Of a stretch of DNA of 64,000 nucleotides, positions 47,739 through 57,077 are shown piece after piece (the first letter of the stretch is position 1; every line of letters begins with the position of its first letter). Origin of the DNA: a virus (lineage: Duplodnaviria; Caudoviricetes); the IMG/VR virus record IMGVR_UViG_3300007754_000852, one strand, 5' to 3'. The notes beneath the pieces were generated by a model. That model had not been told where the DNA came from. It searched no databases and saw nothing but the letters and a program-made list of their open reading frames with translations. A program made the position numbers and the translations under genes.

Positions 47739-48986
47739 TTAGAATGACATGCATTCCCATCTTTTATAGTTTTTCTTCCAGCTTTCACTGGTTTCAATCA
47801 TTGTATCATGCCAATCATCGATTGTCTTCTGGTGATCAAACTGACTAAGTGCGTATTTTCTCACCTTGTCTTTTAGCTTGACTCTATCATCATCATCTAG
47901 CTCGTATATCTTCATTATTCCATCTGCCACAGTCTGACATGATGTATAGTCTTCAAAAATATATGGTACTTGTTGTGAACCTACAAGCGTTTGATTCTCA
48001 ACATCAAGAGCAACGCCATTGTGAGATCCATCTCTATGATCTACGACCTGTCTAGTGAGACCGCCCGTCTTTACAGCAATCATCGGCGTTCCTGCTTGCA
48101 TGGCTTCTAATGTTGGTAAACCGAAGCCTTCAGCGTAACTAATGTTTAGACAAAAGTCAGAAATATTATATAAAACATTCATTTTTTCAAATTCAAGCCT
48201 CTCTCGAGAGTAGAATACAGTATCTTGAATTCCTAACATCTCAGCTGTTGCAAACAGGTTTGGTCCTTCCTGATCTAGAGGTTCTGTGTGCATGATAAGG
48301 GTTGCATTCTTATGACCGTGCTTTTTCTCTAAGTCATCAAGAAAGTGCTTCCAAGACAATAATACGTCATTTGGTCTCTTTCTTTTTGCATTTCTATTTA
48401 CCCAGATACCAATAAAATGATCCTTTCTTTCAGACCCTAAAATTGACCCTCTAAACTCTCTAAGTTTACCCTTATCAAGGGGATAAAACATCTCAGGCGG
48501 TACTGAATGGGGTATGAAGTTTGTCTTTTCTGGAAACCTCTCTGCAACCATCTCGTATGTCATGTGAGAGTGACAATTAATTAGATCAATCGACTTATAT
48601 ATCGACTCATTAAATTGTGGCCAGGGGTGATTATCCCAGACATGCCACCAGACTATGGGGCATATTTGGTGGATCTCATCTTCCATCTCAAACAACCAGA
48701 TAAAAAATCTTGGATCAGTAAAGATAAAAAGAATGTCAGGTTTCTCTGTTGCAAGAGTCAATCTAATGAGTGCGGGGTCGCCGAATCCGTCAATTGGTTT
48801 TATGATAAAGTCATCATTAACAACAACGGTATTATAGTCTGTGTGTTTTAGAGCTGCACCAAACTGCCTAAATGACCACTCACCTTTCTTTATAAGCCCA
48901 TTTATTAAATGTCTTGTCTGTGTTCCAACACCTGATGTTGAAAGAGCATGATCAGATAACACAAGTACTTTCTTCTTACGCGACAT
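47739..48986 (-). CDS. Glycosyltransferase, GT4/GT-B family
   Basis: SGVGTQT, NRNAKRKR, SYAEGFGLPTLEAMQAGTP. Confidence 0.9.
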   Translation of the reverse strand: MSRKKKVLVLSDHALSTSGVGTQTRHLINGLIKKGEWSFRQFGAALKHTDYNTVVVNDDFIIKPIDGFGDPALIRLTLATEKPDILFIFTDPRFFIWLFEMEDEIHQICPIVWWHVWDNHPWPQFNESIYKSIDLINCHSHMTYEMVAERFPEKTNFIPHSVPPEMFYPLDKGKLREFRGSILGSERKDHFIGIWVNRNAKRKRPNDVLLSWKHFLDDLEKKHGHKNATLIMHTEPLDQEGPNLFATAEMLGIQDTVFYSRERLEFEKMNVLYNISDFCLNISYAEGFGLPTLEAMQAGTPMIAVKTGGLTRQVVDHRDGSHNGVALDVENQTLVGSQQVPYIFEDYTSCQTVADGIMKIYELDDDDRVKLKDKVRKYALSQFDHQKTIDDWHDTMIETSESWKKNYKRWECMSF

Positions 48987-49029
48987 AACATCTCCACAGA
49001 AATATTACAATATACAATCGTTCAGTAAA

Positions 49030-49866
49030 TCACGTGCAATATTTTGTATCTTTAAACGGACAATAATTGCATGAATTTCTATTTTTAAGAAACATGCCTC
49101 TCTTTACAGAAGAGATCATATTATTCATGATCTTGAGAGATTTTTCTAGTGCCTTAGGTCCCACAGATACTGTTACCAGCTCACAGATACGTCCTGGTTT
49201 ACCCCCGCGCTTTAATAGTATAAAACCACATCTGATGTCCTTCAGTGGCACAGAATGCTTTCTAGACCAAAAGTGCTTGTATAAAATTAGCTGTGACGTC
49301 ATGAGTATGTCCTGTTTCTTCTGTCGTCTCCAGCCATACGACCCTGCCGTCTTCCAGTCAAGAATCCAGTAGTTATGACCTTCACCTCTCTTCTTTGGAA
49401 CCTTTAAAATAGCATCGATAAAGCCTTTAAACTTTACAGGTTTACCGTCGATATCTTCATATAGCTGTTCCTCTGCCTTTACGATCTCCCAGTCAGGAAA
49501 TGTCTCATCTAAAAATGAAGGAACATCATTCCACATATTTGATGCCCACTCACACCAGGTGTCAACACCCACGTTTGAGCTCTTCTTATACCAGTCAGGC
49601 TGTCTAGCTACCCACTCAGGATCATCAAATCCATTTTTATCCCACGCTTCTCTAATTCCGCTCAAGATCTGAGACTTATCAACTGTCTTTGTCTCAAGAA
49701 GAGACTCACATCCTTCGTGAACAGCTGTTCCAAAGTCAAGAAAAGGTGAAGGTTCAAACATGTCAACCTTGTCAATCTTAGCCAGCTTATGTCTCCAGGA
49801 GCACTCTGCCCACTCTTTTATCTCTGAAAATGATATATGATTCTTACCGGTTGGAAAATTACTCAT
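49030..49866 (-). CDS. PD-(D/E)XK exonuclease, Cas4/AddB-like with a putative Fe-S cluster
   Basis: SFSEIKEWAEC, GFIDAIL, ILDWKT, QLILY and C-terminal CNYCPFKDTKYC. Confidence 0.85.
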   Translation of the reverse strand: MSNFPTGKNHISFSEIKEWAECSWRHKLAKIDKVDMFEPSPFLDFGTAVHEGCESLLETKTVDKSQILSGIREAWDKNGFDDPEWVARQPDWYKKSSNVGVDTWCEWASNMWNDVPSFLDETFPDWEIVKAEEQLYEDIDGKPVKFKGFIDAILKVPKKRGEGHNYWILDWKTAGSYGWRRQKKQDILMTSQLILYKHFWSRKHSVPLKDIRCGFILLKRGGKPGRICELVTVSVGPKALEKSLKIMNNMISSVKRGMFLKNRNSCNYCPFKDTKYCT

Positions 49867-49888
49867 AATATCATCTTAACACATTTAA

Positions 49889-50755
49889 TTAAGATTTATC
49901 AGAAACAGCACCGTCAATTTCAGCCCAGTCATGTACATCTCGAACCTCTAAGTTCTTTTTCCATGCTGCTTCTAGGACTGTGGGATCAACTCCCTCATCT
50001 TTCATCTTATAAATCATTGCATTGAGGTCCTTGACGAAACATTTGCCTCCCCATCCACGAAATCCATCATGTCCCGGCACATCAATATGAGAGTTACCAA
50101 TCCTGCCATCAGCTATAAATCCACAAATAGCGTCATTCCAGTTTACATTAATTGTCTCAGCAAGCTGTAACATCTCATTCATGTAAGATAGCTTAACAGC
50201 AAAAAAACAATTTGCCATGTACTTTATAAACTGGGCTGTTCCTACATCTGTTTTAATAATTGGTGTATAGGGAAATCTTTCTCTAAATAAGGATTCCACG
50301 TCATTACTAATTTCCTCTTCATTTGCTCCTATGATTATCCTTGCTGTGTTGATGAAATCAAGCCTTGCTGCCCTTTCTGTTAAAAACTCCGGATTAAACG
50401 CAATTCTCATGTTTGGATATCGTGATATGTATCTCTCTGTTGTTCCTGGAGTTACAGTAGATTTTATGACAAAGGTTACATTCTCATAAGAAAAATCATC
50501 ATCTTTTGGAACTGATGAAATTTCCTCAAAAACACTATCTACAATAGATAGATCAATTTTTCCACCGAGGACGTCTGTCATTGGCGTTGGAACACAGATA
50601 AAAATCACATCTGAACCGTTTACTGTATCTTTTAGTGTATGTGTAGACCTTCTGTCATCTTTGTCATATATTAAAATATCATCGACATGCAATAAAAATC
50701 CAGACACTATTGCTGATCCAACAAATCCATTTCCTATTATTCCAATAGTTGACAT
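49889..50755 (-). CDS. ugd: UDP-glucose/GDP-mannose dehydrogenase family, short form
   Basis: GIIGNGFVG, FICVPTP, IKSTVTPG, NPEFL, KYMAN, catalytic GWGGKCFVKD. Only 288 aa. Confidence 0.88.
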   Translation of the reverse strand: MSTIGIIGNGFVGSAIVSGFLLHVDDILIYDKDDRRSTHTLKDTVNGSDVIFICVPTPMTDVLGGKIDLSIVDSVFEEISSVPKDDDFSYENVTFVIKSTVTPGTTERYISRYPNMRIAFNPEFLTERAARLDFINTARIIIGANEEEISNDVESLFRERFPYTPIIKTDVGTAQFIKYMANCFFAVKLSYMNEMLQLAETINVNWNDAICGFIADGRIGNSHIDVPGHDGFRGWGGKCFVKDLNAMIYKMKDEGVDPTVLEAAWKKNLEVRDVHDWAEIDGAVSDKS

Positions 50756-50757
50756 AT

Positions 50758-51051
50758 CTATTTCCAGTCCTTTGTATTCATATTCTTATCATCAATAAAG
50801 AGATCATACACAGGCTTTCCAAACTTTAAATCATGATATCTTGCATTCCATCTTGAAAGCTGTAATACAGTAACATCTGTCCAGTCAATTCCAGTTCCTG
50901 ATCCTCTTGCTGTCCAGTATACCACAGTATGACCATCATCAAATAACTTATTTGCCTTTTCAATGTTATCACGTATCGGCTCTGCCATTGAGTAATCTCG
51001 ACTTTCAGGAGTTGTGCATATTGTTTCATCAATATCAATATAGACTATCAT
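50758..51051 (-). CDS. Capless HAD-family phosphatase (capsule-biosynthesis type), 97 aa; start revised
   Basis: MIVYIDIDET (motif I), WTARG (II), GKP (III), IDDK (IV). The ATG overlaps the neuB stop (ATGA). Confidence 0.82.
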   Translation of the reverse strand: MIVYIDIDETICTTPESRDYSMAEPIRDNIEKANKLFDDGHTVVYWTARGSGTGIDWTDVTVLQLSRWNARYHDLKFGKPVYDLFIDDKNMNTKDWK

Positions 51052-51884
51052 TTTCTTAATGTCTTCATCTTTTTTAACTCTGACTCTGACGGACATCTTG
51101 GGCCCATAGTTCCCATTGCTACTTCGATATCTCTTATTCCCTTTACTAGCTTTATCAAACCTGAGGGTTCGACAGATGAACTTTGATCTGACCCCCACAT
51201 ATTTCTATTTAATGTAACGTGCCTTTCGATCCACGTTGCGCCTAAGCCTATTGTTGCATGAGTTGTAACTAGACCATATTCATGACCACTATACCCAATT
51301 TCACGTCTGAGATATGTTTCTTTTAACCGCTTAATGTATAACAAGTTTAATTCTTCAACTGGGCATGGATATGTTGAATTTGTATGAAATATTAGGTTTG
51401 GATCACATGCAACAACAGCGTTTTCAATTTCTTTTTCTGTGCTCATTCCCGTAGAGATCATTAAATAGTCACAGTTATCTCTTGCATATTTGCAGAGATC
51501 TAAGTCAGTTATTAGTGCTGAGGGTATTTTCATAGTTACACCCTTTGACGTATTATACTTTTTCATAAAGTCAACTGAGTCATTATCCCACACACTTGCA
51601 AACCATTGAATCCTTTTTTGTTCACAGTATTTGTCAATCTCATCGTATTCATCTTCACTAAACTCTATCTTCCACTTATAGTCAAGATAAGTCATGTCTC
51701 CCCAAGGTGTAGATCTCATTACACCCTTTTGTTTATCTGGAACACAAACATCAGGATTTCTTTTCTGAAATTTGACAAAATCACACCCAGCAACAGATGA
51801 TAAGTCTATTAGTTTTTTTGCAAGATCTATATCACCATTATGATTAATTCCTATCTCTGCAATTATGTTCACTTTATTTATCAT
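51048..51884 (-). CDS. neuB: Nonulosonic acid (N-acetylneuraminate-family) synthase without the C-terminal SAF domain; start revised to MINKV
   Basis: IIAEIGINHNGD..AKKLID..VKFQKR, MKIPS, ISTGMS, HTNSTYP, GYSGHE, WIERHVTL. Confidence 0.93.
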   Translation of the reverse strand: MINKVNIIAEIGINHNGDIDLAKKLIDLSSVAGCDFVKFQKRNPDVCVPDKQKGVMRSTPWGDMTYLDYKWKIEFSEDEYDEIDKYCEQKRIQWFASVWDNDSVDFMKKYNTSKGVTMKIPSALITDLDLCKYARDNCDYLMISTGMSTEKEIENAVVACDPNLIFHTNSTYPCPVEELNLLYIKRLKETYLRREIGYSGHEYGLVTTHATIGLGATWIERHVTLNRNMWGSDQSSSVEPSGLIKLVKGIRDIEVAMGTMGPRCPSESELKKMKTLRK

Positions 51885-51889
51885 TTCAC

Positions 51890-52576
51890 CTACCACGCTG
51901 TCCAGCCGCCGTCTACTGGAATAACAGAACCATTGATATACTTTCCTTCCGGAGTACATAGCAATCTAACCAAGCCGCAAACATCACGTGCTGATGCCAT
52001 TCTCGACATCGGTGTGTGCTCACAATATCTTTCTCTAAACTCTGGATCCATGTACTCATTGTCAACTCCTCCAGGACAAACTGCATTTGCTGTAACCCTG
52101 GGGGAGAAGTGCGTTGCGATATATCTTGTCAATCCGATAACAGCATGTTTTGATGTAACGTATCCAACATGTTTTACTGTAGCTGGATATATTGACTTTT
52201 TTGGAGACCTTATTCCGTATAGTGAGCTAAAATTAACGATGCTAATTTCACCAGAATTTTCCTTAATAAACTCCCTGCACACAGAAAACAATGATGATAC
52301 ATTCACGTTGTGAAATTCATCAAGGTCAGACTTTTTAATCTCTAAAAAATCAGTGACAGATTCAGAACTTTTATCCATATGGTGATTTAACCCAAAAAGA
52401 TTGATTAGTGATGTAGCGTGGTTTTTTCTGAAAAAGAGTCTAACTTGATCTTCATCTGACAGGTCTACACCTGTTGATAAATCAGCTTCAATTACATTGA
52501 AATCACACTCTCTCATATAGTCACAGACAACACTTCCTATTAGTCCAGACGATCCTGTTATTATTACTGATTGCAT
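51890..52576 (-). CDS. SDR oxidoreductase (PtmA-like)
   Basis: TGSSGLIG, SSLYG, YVTSK, NAVCPGG, DGGWTAW. Confidence 0.88.
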   Translation of the reverse strand: MQSVIITGSSGLIGSVVCDYMRECDFNVIEADLSTGVDLSDEDQVRLFFRKNHATSLINLFGLNHHMDKSSESVTDFLEIKKSDLDEFHNVNVSSLFSVCREFIKENSGEISIVNFSSLYGIRSPKKSIYPATVKHVGYVTSKHAVIGLTRYIATHFSPRVTANAVCPGGVDNEYMDPEFRERYCEHTPMSRMASARDVCGLVRLLCTPEGKYINGSVIPVDGGWTAW

Positions 52577-53406
52577 ATTTTAACGATTAGACTTGATATA
52601 AATTTTTCACTATTATTTTTTGATGTATCATTTTTCTTAATTTTATTAAAAAAATCAATTATCTCACATTTAAACGATTCATTTCTTGGTATTCTTCTTT
52701 GATTAAAATCATATGTCACTGTTTCACCATGATGATATGTTAGCTTTAAATGACACACAGACTCCTCTTTATCCATTTTGGCAAAATATGACACAGGCAC
52801 ACCAGAACAGTTAAGCTGTGCAAAAAATGAGCTATCTCCGGGTATATCAAGATTATACTCTTTCTCAAATGACATTAAATCAAATGAACCAAATAGCTGA
52901 TATATGAGATCTAAACCATGACAAAGTGTTAGGGAAACACCGTCTATTGCTGGATATGTCTCATGATAATCTTCCCATGAATGCCAGTTCGGAAGAAAGT
53001 CTGAATGATACCATTCGATGTGAGCTACGTTAGATGTATTGATCTTCTTAAATAATTCATGAAATCTAAGATTAAAGCCTACCTGAAAAACCTTATTTGA
53101 AATATTATCTAGGGCAGCTATCTCATCCTCTCTTATAATTGCAGGTTTTTCAACAAAAATATGCTTATCTAAAAATTCTCTTATGTAGCTTTCATGAGTA
53201 TTGCTTGGTGTGCAAATTATGACAACGTCTGGATTCCATGTTTTTGCCTCACTGATGTCGGAAAAGTAAGTTGCAAATTTAAAATCACTCTCTCTTTTTT
53301 GCCTTAAGAATGCTATTTTCATAGTGTGAGGAAGAGAAGTTACTATGTTCGTTGCATGCCGAATTGCTGTAGACCCGTGCCCTATTATTAATACCTTTTC
53401 TTCCAC
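52564..53406 (-). CDS. Gfo/Idh/MocA oxidoreductase
   Basis: IIGHGS, ICTPSNTH, FVEKP, GFNLRFH, LCHGLD. Confidence 0.88.
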   Translation of the reverse strand: MEEKVLIIGHGSTAIRHATNIVTSLPHTMKIAFLRQKRESDFKFATYFSDISEAKTWNPDVVIICTPSNTHESYIREFLDKHIFVEKPAIIREDEIAALDNISNKVFQVGFNLRFHELFKKINTSNVAHIEWYHSDFLPNWHSWEDYHETYPAIDGVSLTLCHGLDLIYQLFGSFDLMSFEKEYNLDIPGDSSFFAQLNCSGVPVSYFAKMDKEESVCHLKLTYHHGETVTYDFNQRRIPRNESFKCEIIDFFNKIKKNDTSKNNSEKFISSLIVKICNQ

Positions 53407-53407
53407 A

Positions 53408-54121
53408 CTATTTTCTCATTTTATCAAGATATGATATTAAAGAATCTTTTTCTATTGATCCTGTCGTCTCAATCTTTGACAACTGATCAAGTGTATCTAC
53501 GTCAATTGTCATAGATGTCTCAAATCCAAGCACCCTATCTCCAAACGTCTTTCCAGATGATATCGTTTTTCGTTTAACAATATCAATATATCCATTACCA
53601 ATAAATGTTTTTGGAAATATCTGTCTTGGTAGATTTGTATAGTTTTTCATATTGTCAAAACTATCAAAAAACCCCCTGCAATACTTACCATCGACCCTTA
53701 AAAGCTTATATGGTGTCATTTGCACCTCAGAGATTGTTCTTAGGCCCGTTGCGTCACCTTTGTTTTTGTTGAAAAAATCAATTACATCACACATTAATTT
53801 AGGATCTCTTATGGGTGTTGTTGGTCTAATAAGTGCAATTGATTCAGAATCAACATTATCAAAAAAGTGATTTAAAAATTCAAAGTCTGTTGATGTGTCA
53901 GATGCATACTCTGCAGGTCTTTTAAATGGAATCTCTGCTCCATACATCTTTGAAATATCAATTATTTCATCATCGTCAGATGACACAATAACCTTGTCAA
54001 TTTTTTCACATAGCTTACATGCAATAATTGAATATGCAATAAGAGGATGACCACATACATCTCGTATGTTCTTCCTTGGTATTCCCTTACTTCCTCCTCT
54101 TGCAGGTATGAGAGCTATCAT
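53408..54121 (-). CDS. neuA: CMP-nonulosonic acid synthetase (acylneuraminate cytidylyltransferase)
   Basis: IPARGGSKGIPRKN, VSSDD, FKRP, RPTTP, GNGYID, DVDT. Confidence 0.93.
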   Translation of the reverse strand: MIALIPARGGSKGIPRKNIRDVCGHPLIAYSIIACKLCEKIDKVIVSSDDDEIIDISKMYGAEIPFKRPAEYASDTSTDFEFLNHFFDNVDSESIALIRPTTPIRDPKLMCDVIDFFNKNKGDATGLRTISEVQMTPYKLLRVDGKYCRGFFDSFDNMKNYTNLPRQIFPKTFIGNGYIDIVKRKTISSGKTFGDRVLGFETSMTIDVDTLDQLSKIETTGSIEKDSLISYLDKMRK

Positions 54122-54858
54122 TAAACGACTATCCTTGGTAAATCATATATGCTACTATCTGTGTTTACAAGAGCAATTTCTACATTCTTGCTAAGCTCTT
54201 TAACACGGACAGCATGAGGATAATAATCATTGATCGTCCTTCTCTTTGTTGTTACAAGCCTATCTGACTGTGGATGGAAGTATTTGTGTGTTGCACCTCC
54301 GTCAAATCCAGACAGATATATCTTAGATGCTCCAAAAAACATAGCAAGCTCAATGCACCATATTCCTGTACTGTACCACTTGCTGCCGATAATCATTTCT
54401 GCATCAAATGTTGTCTCTGGTGTTGGACTATTTGCAACATAGATCTTGTTTGGCCTGTTGAGATCATTCCATTCACAAATTAATGCATCAAGGTATTCAC
54501 TAACAGGAATGTCACCCACCCAAACATCTCTGTGATGAAGCGGATTTAATGAAAACCCCCGTTCATGACATAGTCTGTCTTTATTAGAATTATGAGCACT
54601 GACCTCTGTTATCATCTGTGAAAAAATTATAGAGCTTTCTTGTAAGTTGACATTATTTTTCTTATACCACATAAGAGACAAAGGATCATGCAGCACGTGA
54701 TAGTCAAATCGTGTATCGATGTTTCTATAGTTACATCCTAGAACTATCTTATCAGATATAAATGAATTTTTTAAATTTACAGATGAAGGACCTCCCCCAA
54801 CTATGACTATTTGTTTGTCTAGCAGCGAACCCTCTAAGTCTCTAATGTCATTAAGCAT
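54121..54858 (-). CDS. GT42/Maf(DUF115)-like transferase, candidate nonulosonic-acid transferase
   Basis: IVIVGGGPS..LGCN..STGIWCIELAMFFGASKIYLSGFD parallels the CstII-type pattern IIAGNGPS..FRCN..SG..A..LG...IYLSGID; adjacent to neuA. Confidence 0.65.
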   Translation of the reverse strand: MLNDIRDLEGSLLDKQIVIVGGGPSSVNLKNSFISDKIVLGCNYRNIDTRFDYHVLHDPLSLMWYKKNNVNLQESSIIFSQMITEVSAHNSNKDRLCHERGFSLNPLHHRDVWVGDIPVSEYLDALICEWNDLNRPNKIYVANSPTPETTFDAEMIIGSKWYSTGIWCIELAMFFGASKIYLSGFDGGATHKYFHPQSDRLVTTKRRTINDYYPHAVRVKELSKNVEIALVNTDSSIYDLPRIVV

Positions 54859-55783
54859 TTTCTTCCATGTGATCTAAAATTCTCTTACTTGTATTTCCTG
54901 AATAAAGATATTTTTCTTTTGCGTTTGGCTCGTATAATTCACTTAATATCTGATAGTCGTGAGCACAGACGTTTGTCATAGGTGTATTCATCATCACTGC
55001 TTCTTTTATTGACGATGTGTTTGTTCCAATAACCTCGTCTGCAATATACATTAATTCAAGAGTCGTTGCAGGATACCACATATCATACGTATGAAGATAT
55101 CTTTCTACATGATGCTTAAGAAACGGATGCTTTCCTCTAGACTTAAGAATTGGAATTCTGCCCATTGAATATATTGAATTACAAATTTTATCTATATCTA
55201 TCATCCCAAGTGTTTCAGGCCTTGGATATAATATTAGCACATATCTTTGATCTTTGTCAATTCCATGCCTATTGCAAATTTTCTCTCTGTCAAAGTCAAC
55301 ATCATACTTTGGTGAACCCAAATATAGATTCTTGCTATTTGTCTCTATATTTGCATCTAGACATTTTTGTGCTCCTTCGTGCCAGCTCCTTTGAGGTTTG
55401 TTAAATGTGTCCTTAAGCATGTCAACAAACCACCGTGACGGAAATACAACATAATCAACATCATCAATATATCGATAATAGTGACTAATATAGTCTAGCA
55501 TGACAGTAAGTGAATAGCAAGTCATTTTACTATTTCGAATTAATTCAGACCCTTCAATCACGACCTGTATGTCACCCTTTGATCCCTCCTGTATGTTATA
55601 TTTGCTCATTAGATTGGTAATTTGCTTTTTATTTATTTCATGTGAAGATCCGTTATATTTCCATCCAGGCTTGACATTAAAGAGTGATTTGTGTCCTCGG
55701 CTAGAAGCCTCCTTTACAAGAGGAATAAAATATCTTAAAGCAACACAATCATGAAATGAAAATACAAGATTCACTTCGTACAC
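54851..55783 (-). CDS. GT-B-fold surface carbohydrate protein (glycerophosphotransferase/sialyltransferase-like)
   Basis: LGSPKYD, KSRGKHP and TSSIKEAVMMNTP patterns; cluster context. Confidence 0.5.
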   Translation of the reverse strand: MYEVNLVFSFHDCVALRYFIPLVKEASSRGHKSLFNVKPGWKYNGSSHEINKKQITNLMSKYNIQEGSKGDIQVVIEGSELIRNSKMTCYSLTVMLDYISHYYRYIDDVDYVVFPSRWFVDMLKDTFNKPQRSWHEGAQKCLDANIETNSKNLYLGSPKYDVDFDREKICNRHGIDKDQRYVLILYPRPETLGMIDIDKICNSIYSMGRIPILKSRGKHPFLKHHVERYLHTYDMWYPATTLELMYIADEVIGTNTSSIKEAVMMNTPMTNVCAHDYQILSELYEPNAKEKYLYSGNTSKRILDHMEENA

Positions 55784-56457
55784 ACAGCAAGTATCATCTT
55801 TTCCTTTGAAAACCTTATAATCTTTCTGTCTAGTGTATTAGACATGTCAGATGTTTTCCACTTCATTGAGTCTGGAAGAAGTGCTACTATTGGCAAAAAC
55901 ATTTTCAAGAGAGGATATTTCCAGACAGTCGGAATCTGATAAAATAGCTCTATTCTTTCTACTTTAAATCTATGAACCTTTAAACAATTCATTATTGACT
56001 TTATCGTGAACGGTCTCACATGTGTGAAATCATCATAAAAATTCTTCATCTGGCTTATCCAGTCAGGCGTCATGCATATAAACACACCGCCTGGCTTTAA
56101 AACTCGGTAGATCTCAGAAAAGAAATTTTCTATATTGACAACGTGTTCACATACTGACTTACAAAATATCACATCAAAAAAGCTATCTGAAAACTGTAAC
56201 TTCTGTGTTTCAAAATCATTTTTTTTTATTTCCATACCAGATATTTCAATAGGATCTTCATCAACTCCAAATCCGTCTGCATTTAGCTTTTTACAAAAGT
56301 ACTTCAGATGCTCTCCTTTTCCACACCCTATATCAAGAACTCTATCACACTTTTTAAATGAACAAAATCTTTCAATCAAATGATCACACAGCCTTTCTGA
56401 ATAGCTGTTATTTTGATCCTCTGGGTAAACTATATCTAAATAGCTCATTTTATACAA
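55771..56457 (-). CDS. Class I SAM-dependent methyltransferase
   Basis: VLDIGCGKG, FDVIFCKSVCEHV, RVLKPGG, YDDFTH. Confidence 0.9.
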   Translation of the reverse strand: MYKMSYLDIVYPEDQNNSYSERLCDHLIERFCSFKKCDRVLDIGCGKGEHLKYFCKKLNADGFGVDEDPIEISGMEIKKNDFETQKLQFSDSFFDVIFCKSVCEHVVNIENFFSEIYRVLKPGGVFICMTPDWISQMKNFYDDFTHVRPFTIKSIMNCLKVHRFKVERIELFYQIPTVWKYPLLKMFLPIVALLPDSMKWKTSDMSNTLDRKIIRFSKEKMILAVCTK

Positions 56458-57077
56458 CTTAATAGAACATACATTTGAGGACTATCTTCCCACAATGTAA
56501 TGATATCACATGTCACTGATTTAAACAGACCAACGACATTCTCTATCTTGAGAATGCTAGGAACTTCGTCAAAAATTGCCTTCTTTACATCGTCATATCC
56601 AAATTTCTCAACCCAGTTTTCAAACTTTTTAAACTCTGTGTGCTCTTGAAAAATATCGCTCCATACCGCTGACCACAGAAGGTTATCTTCACCGTAGCAA
56701 AATTCATGCTCTCCATCTTTTACCCAGCCTATTTTAAAGTTTTCAAACCTCCAAGAATCACCTAAGCTCCAATCAACTATTAGCTTTCCACCTTTATTTA
56801 ATAGTGATAAACAATTTTCTAAAAATTTATTAGGATCTTTTGCAAAGTAGGCACATCTTGTGCACACTACGACATCATATTTCTTATCGATACTCCAGAC
56901 ATTATCATTAATATTCCAGTTTTCAAGCTGGAGATCATAAAAGTCTCTTTCTCTGGCTGGAATTTCTCGAGTAAAATCATTCTCACCCGTAAACCCTAAG
57001 AATGCTATGCTATCTATAGGCCTTAGGTTCATATGGGTAAGATACCATCTAAAGATTATAGGATCAGACTTTCCCAT
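56445..57077 (-). CDS. SAM-dependent methyltransferase-like protein; start revised to MGKSDP
   Basis: KYDVVVCTRCAYF..LLNKGGKLIVD. GAGG RBS before the ATG at 57077. Confidence 0.6.
   Translation of the reverse strand: MGKSDPIIFRWYLTHMNLRPIDSIAFLGFTGENDFTREIPARERDFYDLQLENWNINDNVWSIDKKYDVVVCTRCAYFAKDPNKFLENCLSLLNKGGKLIVDWSLGDSWRFENFKIGWVKDGEHEFCYGEDNLLWSAVWSDIFQEHTEFKKFENWVEKFGYDDVKKAIFDEVPSILKIENVVGLFKSVTCDIITLWEDSPQMYVLLSCIK

Noticed and set aside
51052-51198. N-terminal extension of the HAD ORF given by the track (146 aa)
   Set aside because: It overlaps neuB in another frame; the ATG at 51051, coupled to the neuB stop, gives a proper HAD N-terminus.
51885-51959. N-terminal extension of neuB given by the track
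   Set aside because: It overlaps the SDR 3' end; MINKV at 51884 has a GGTGA RBS and matches the family start.
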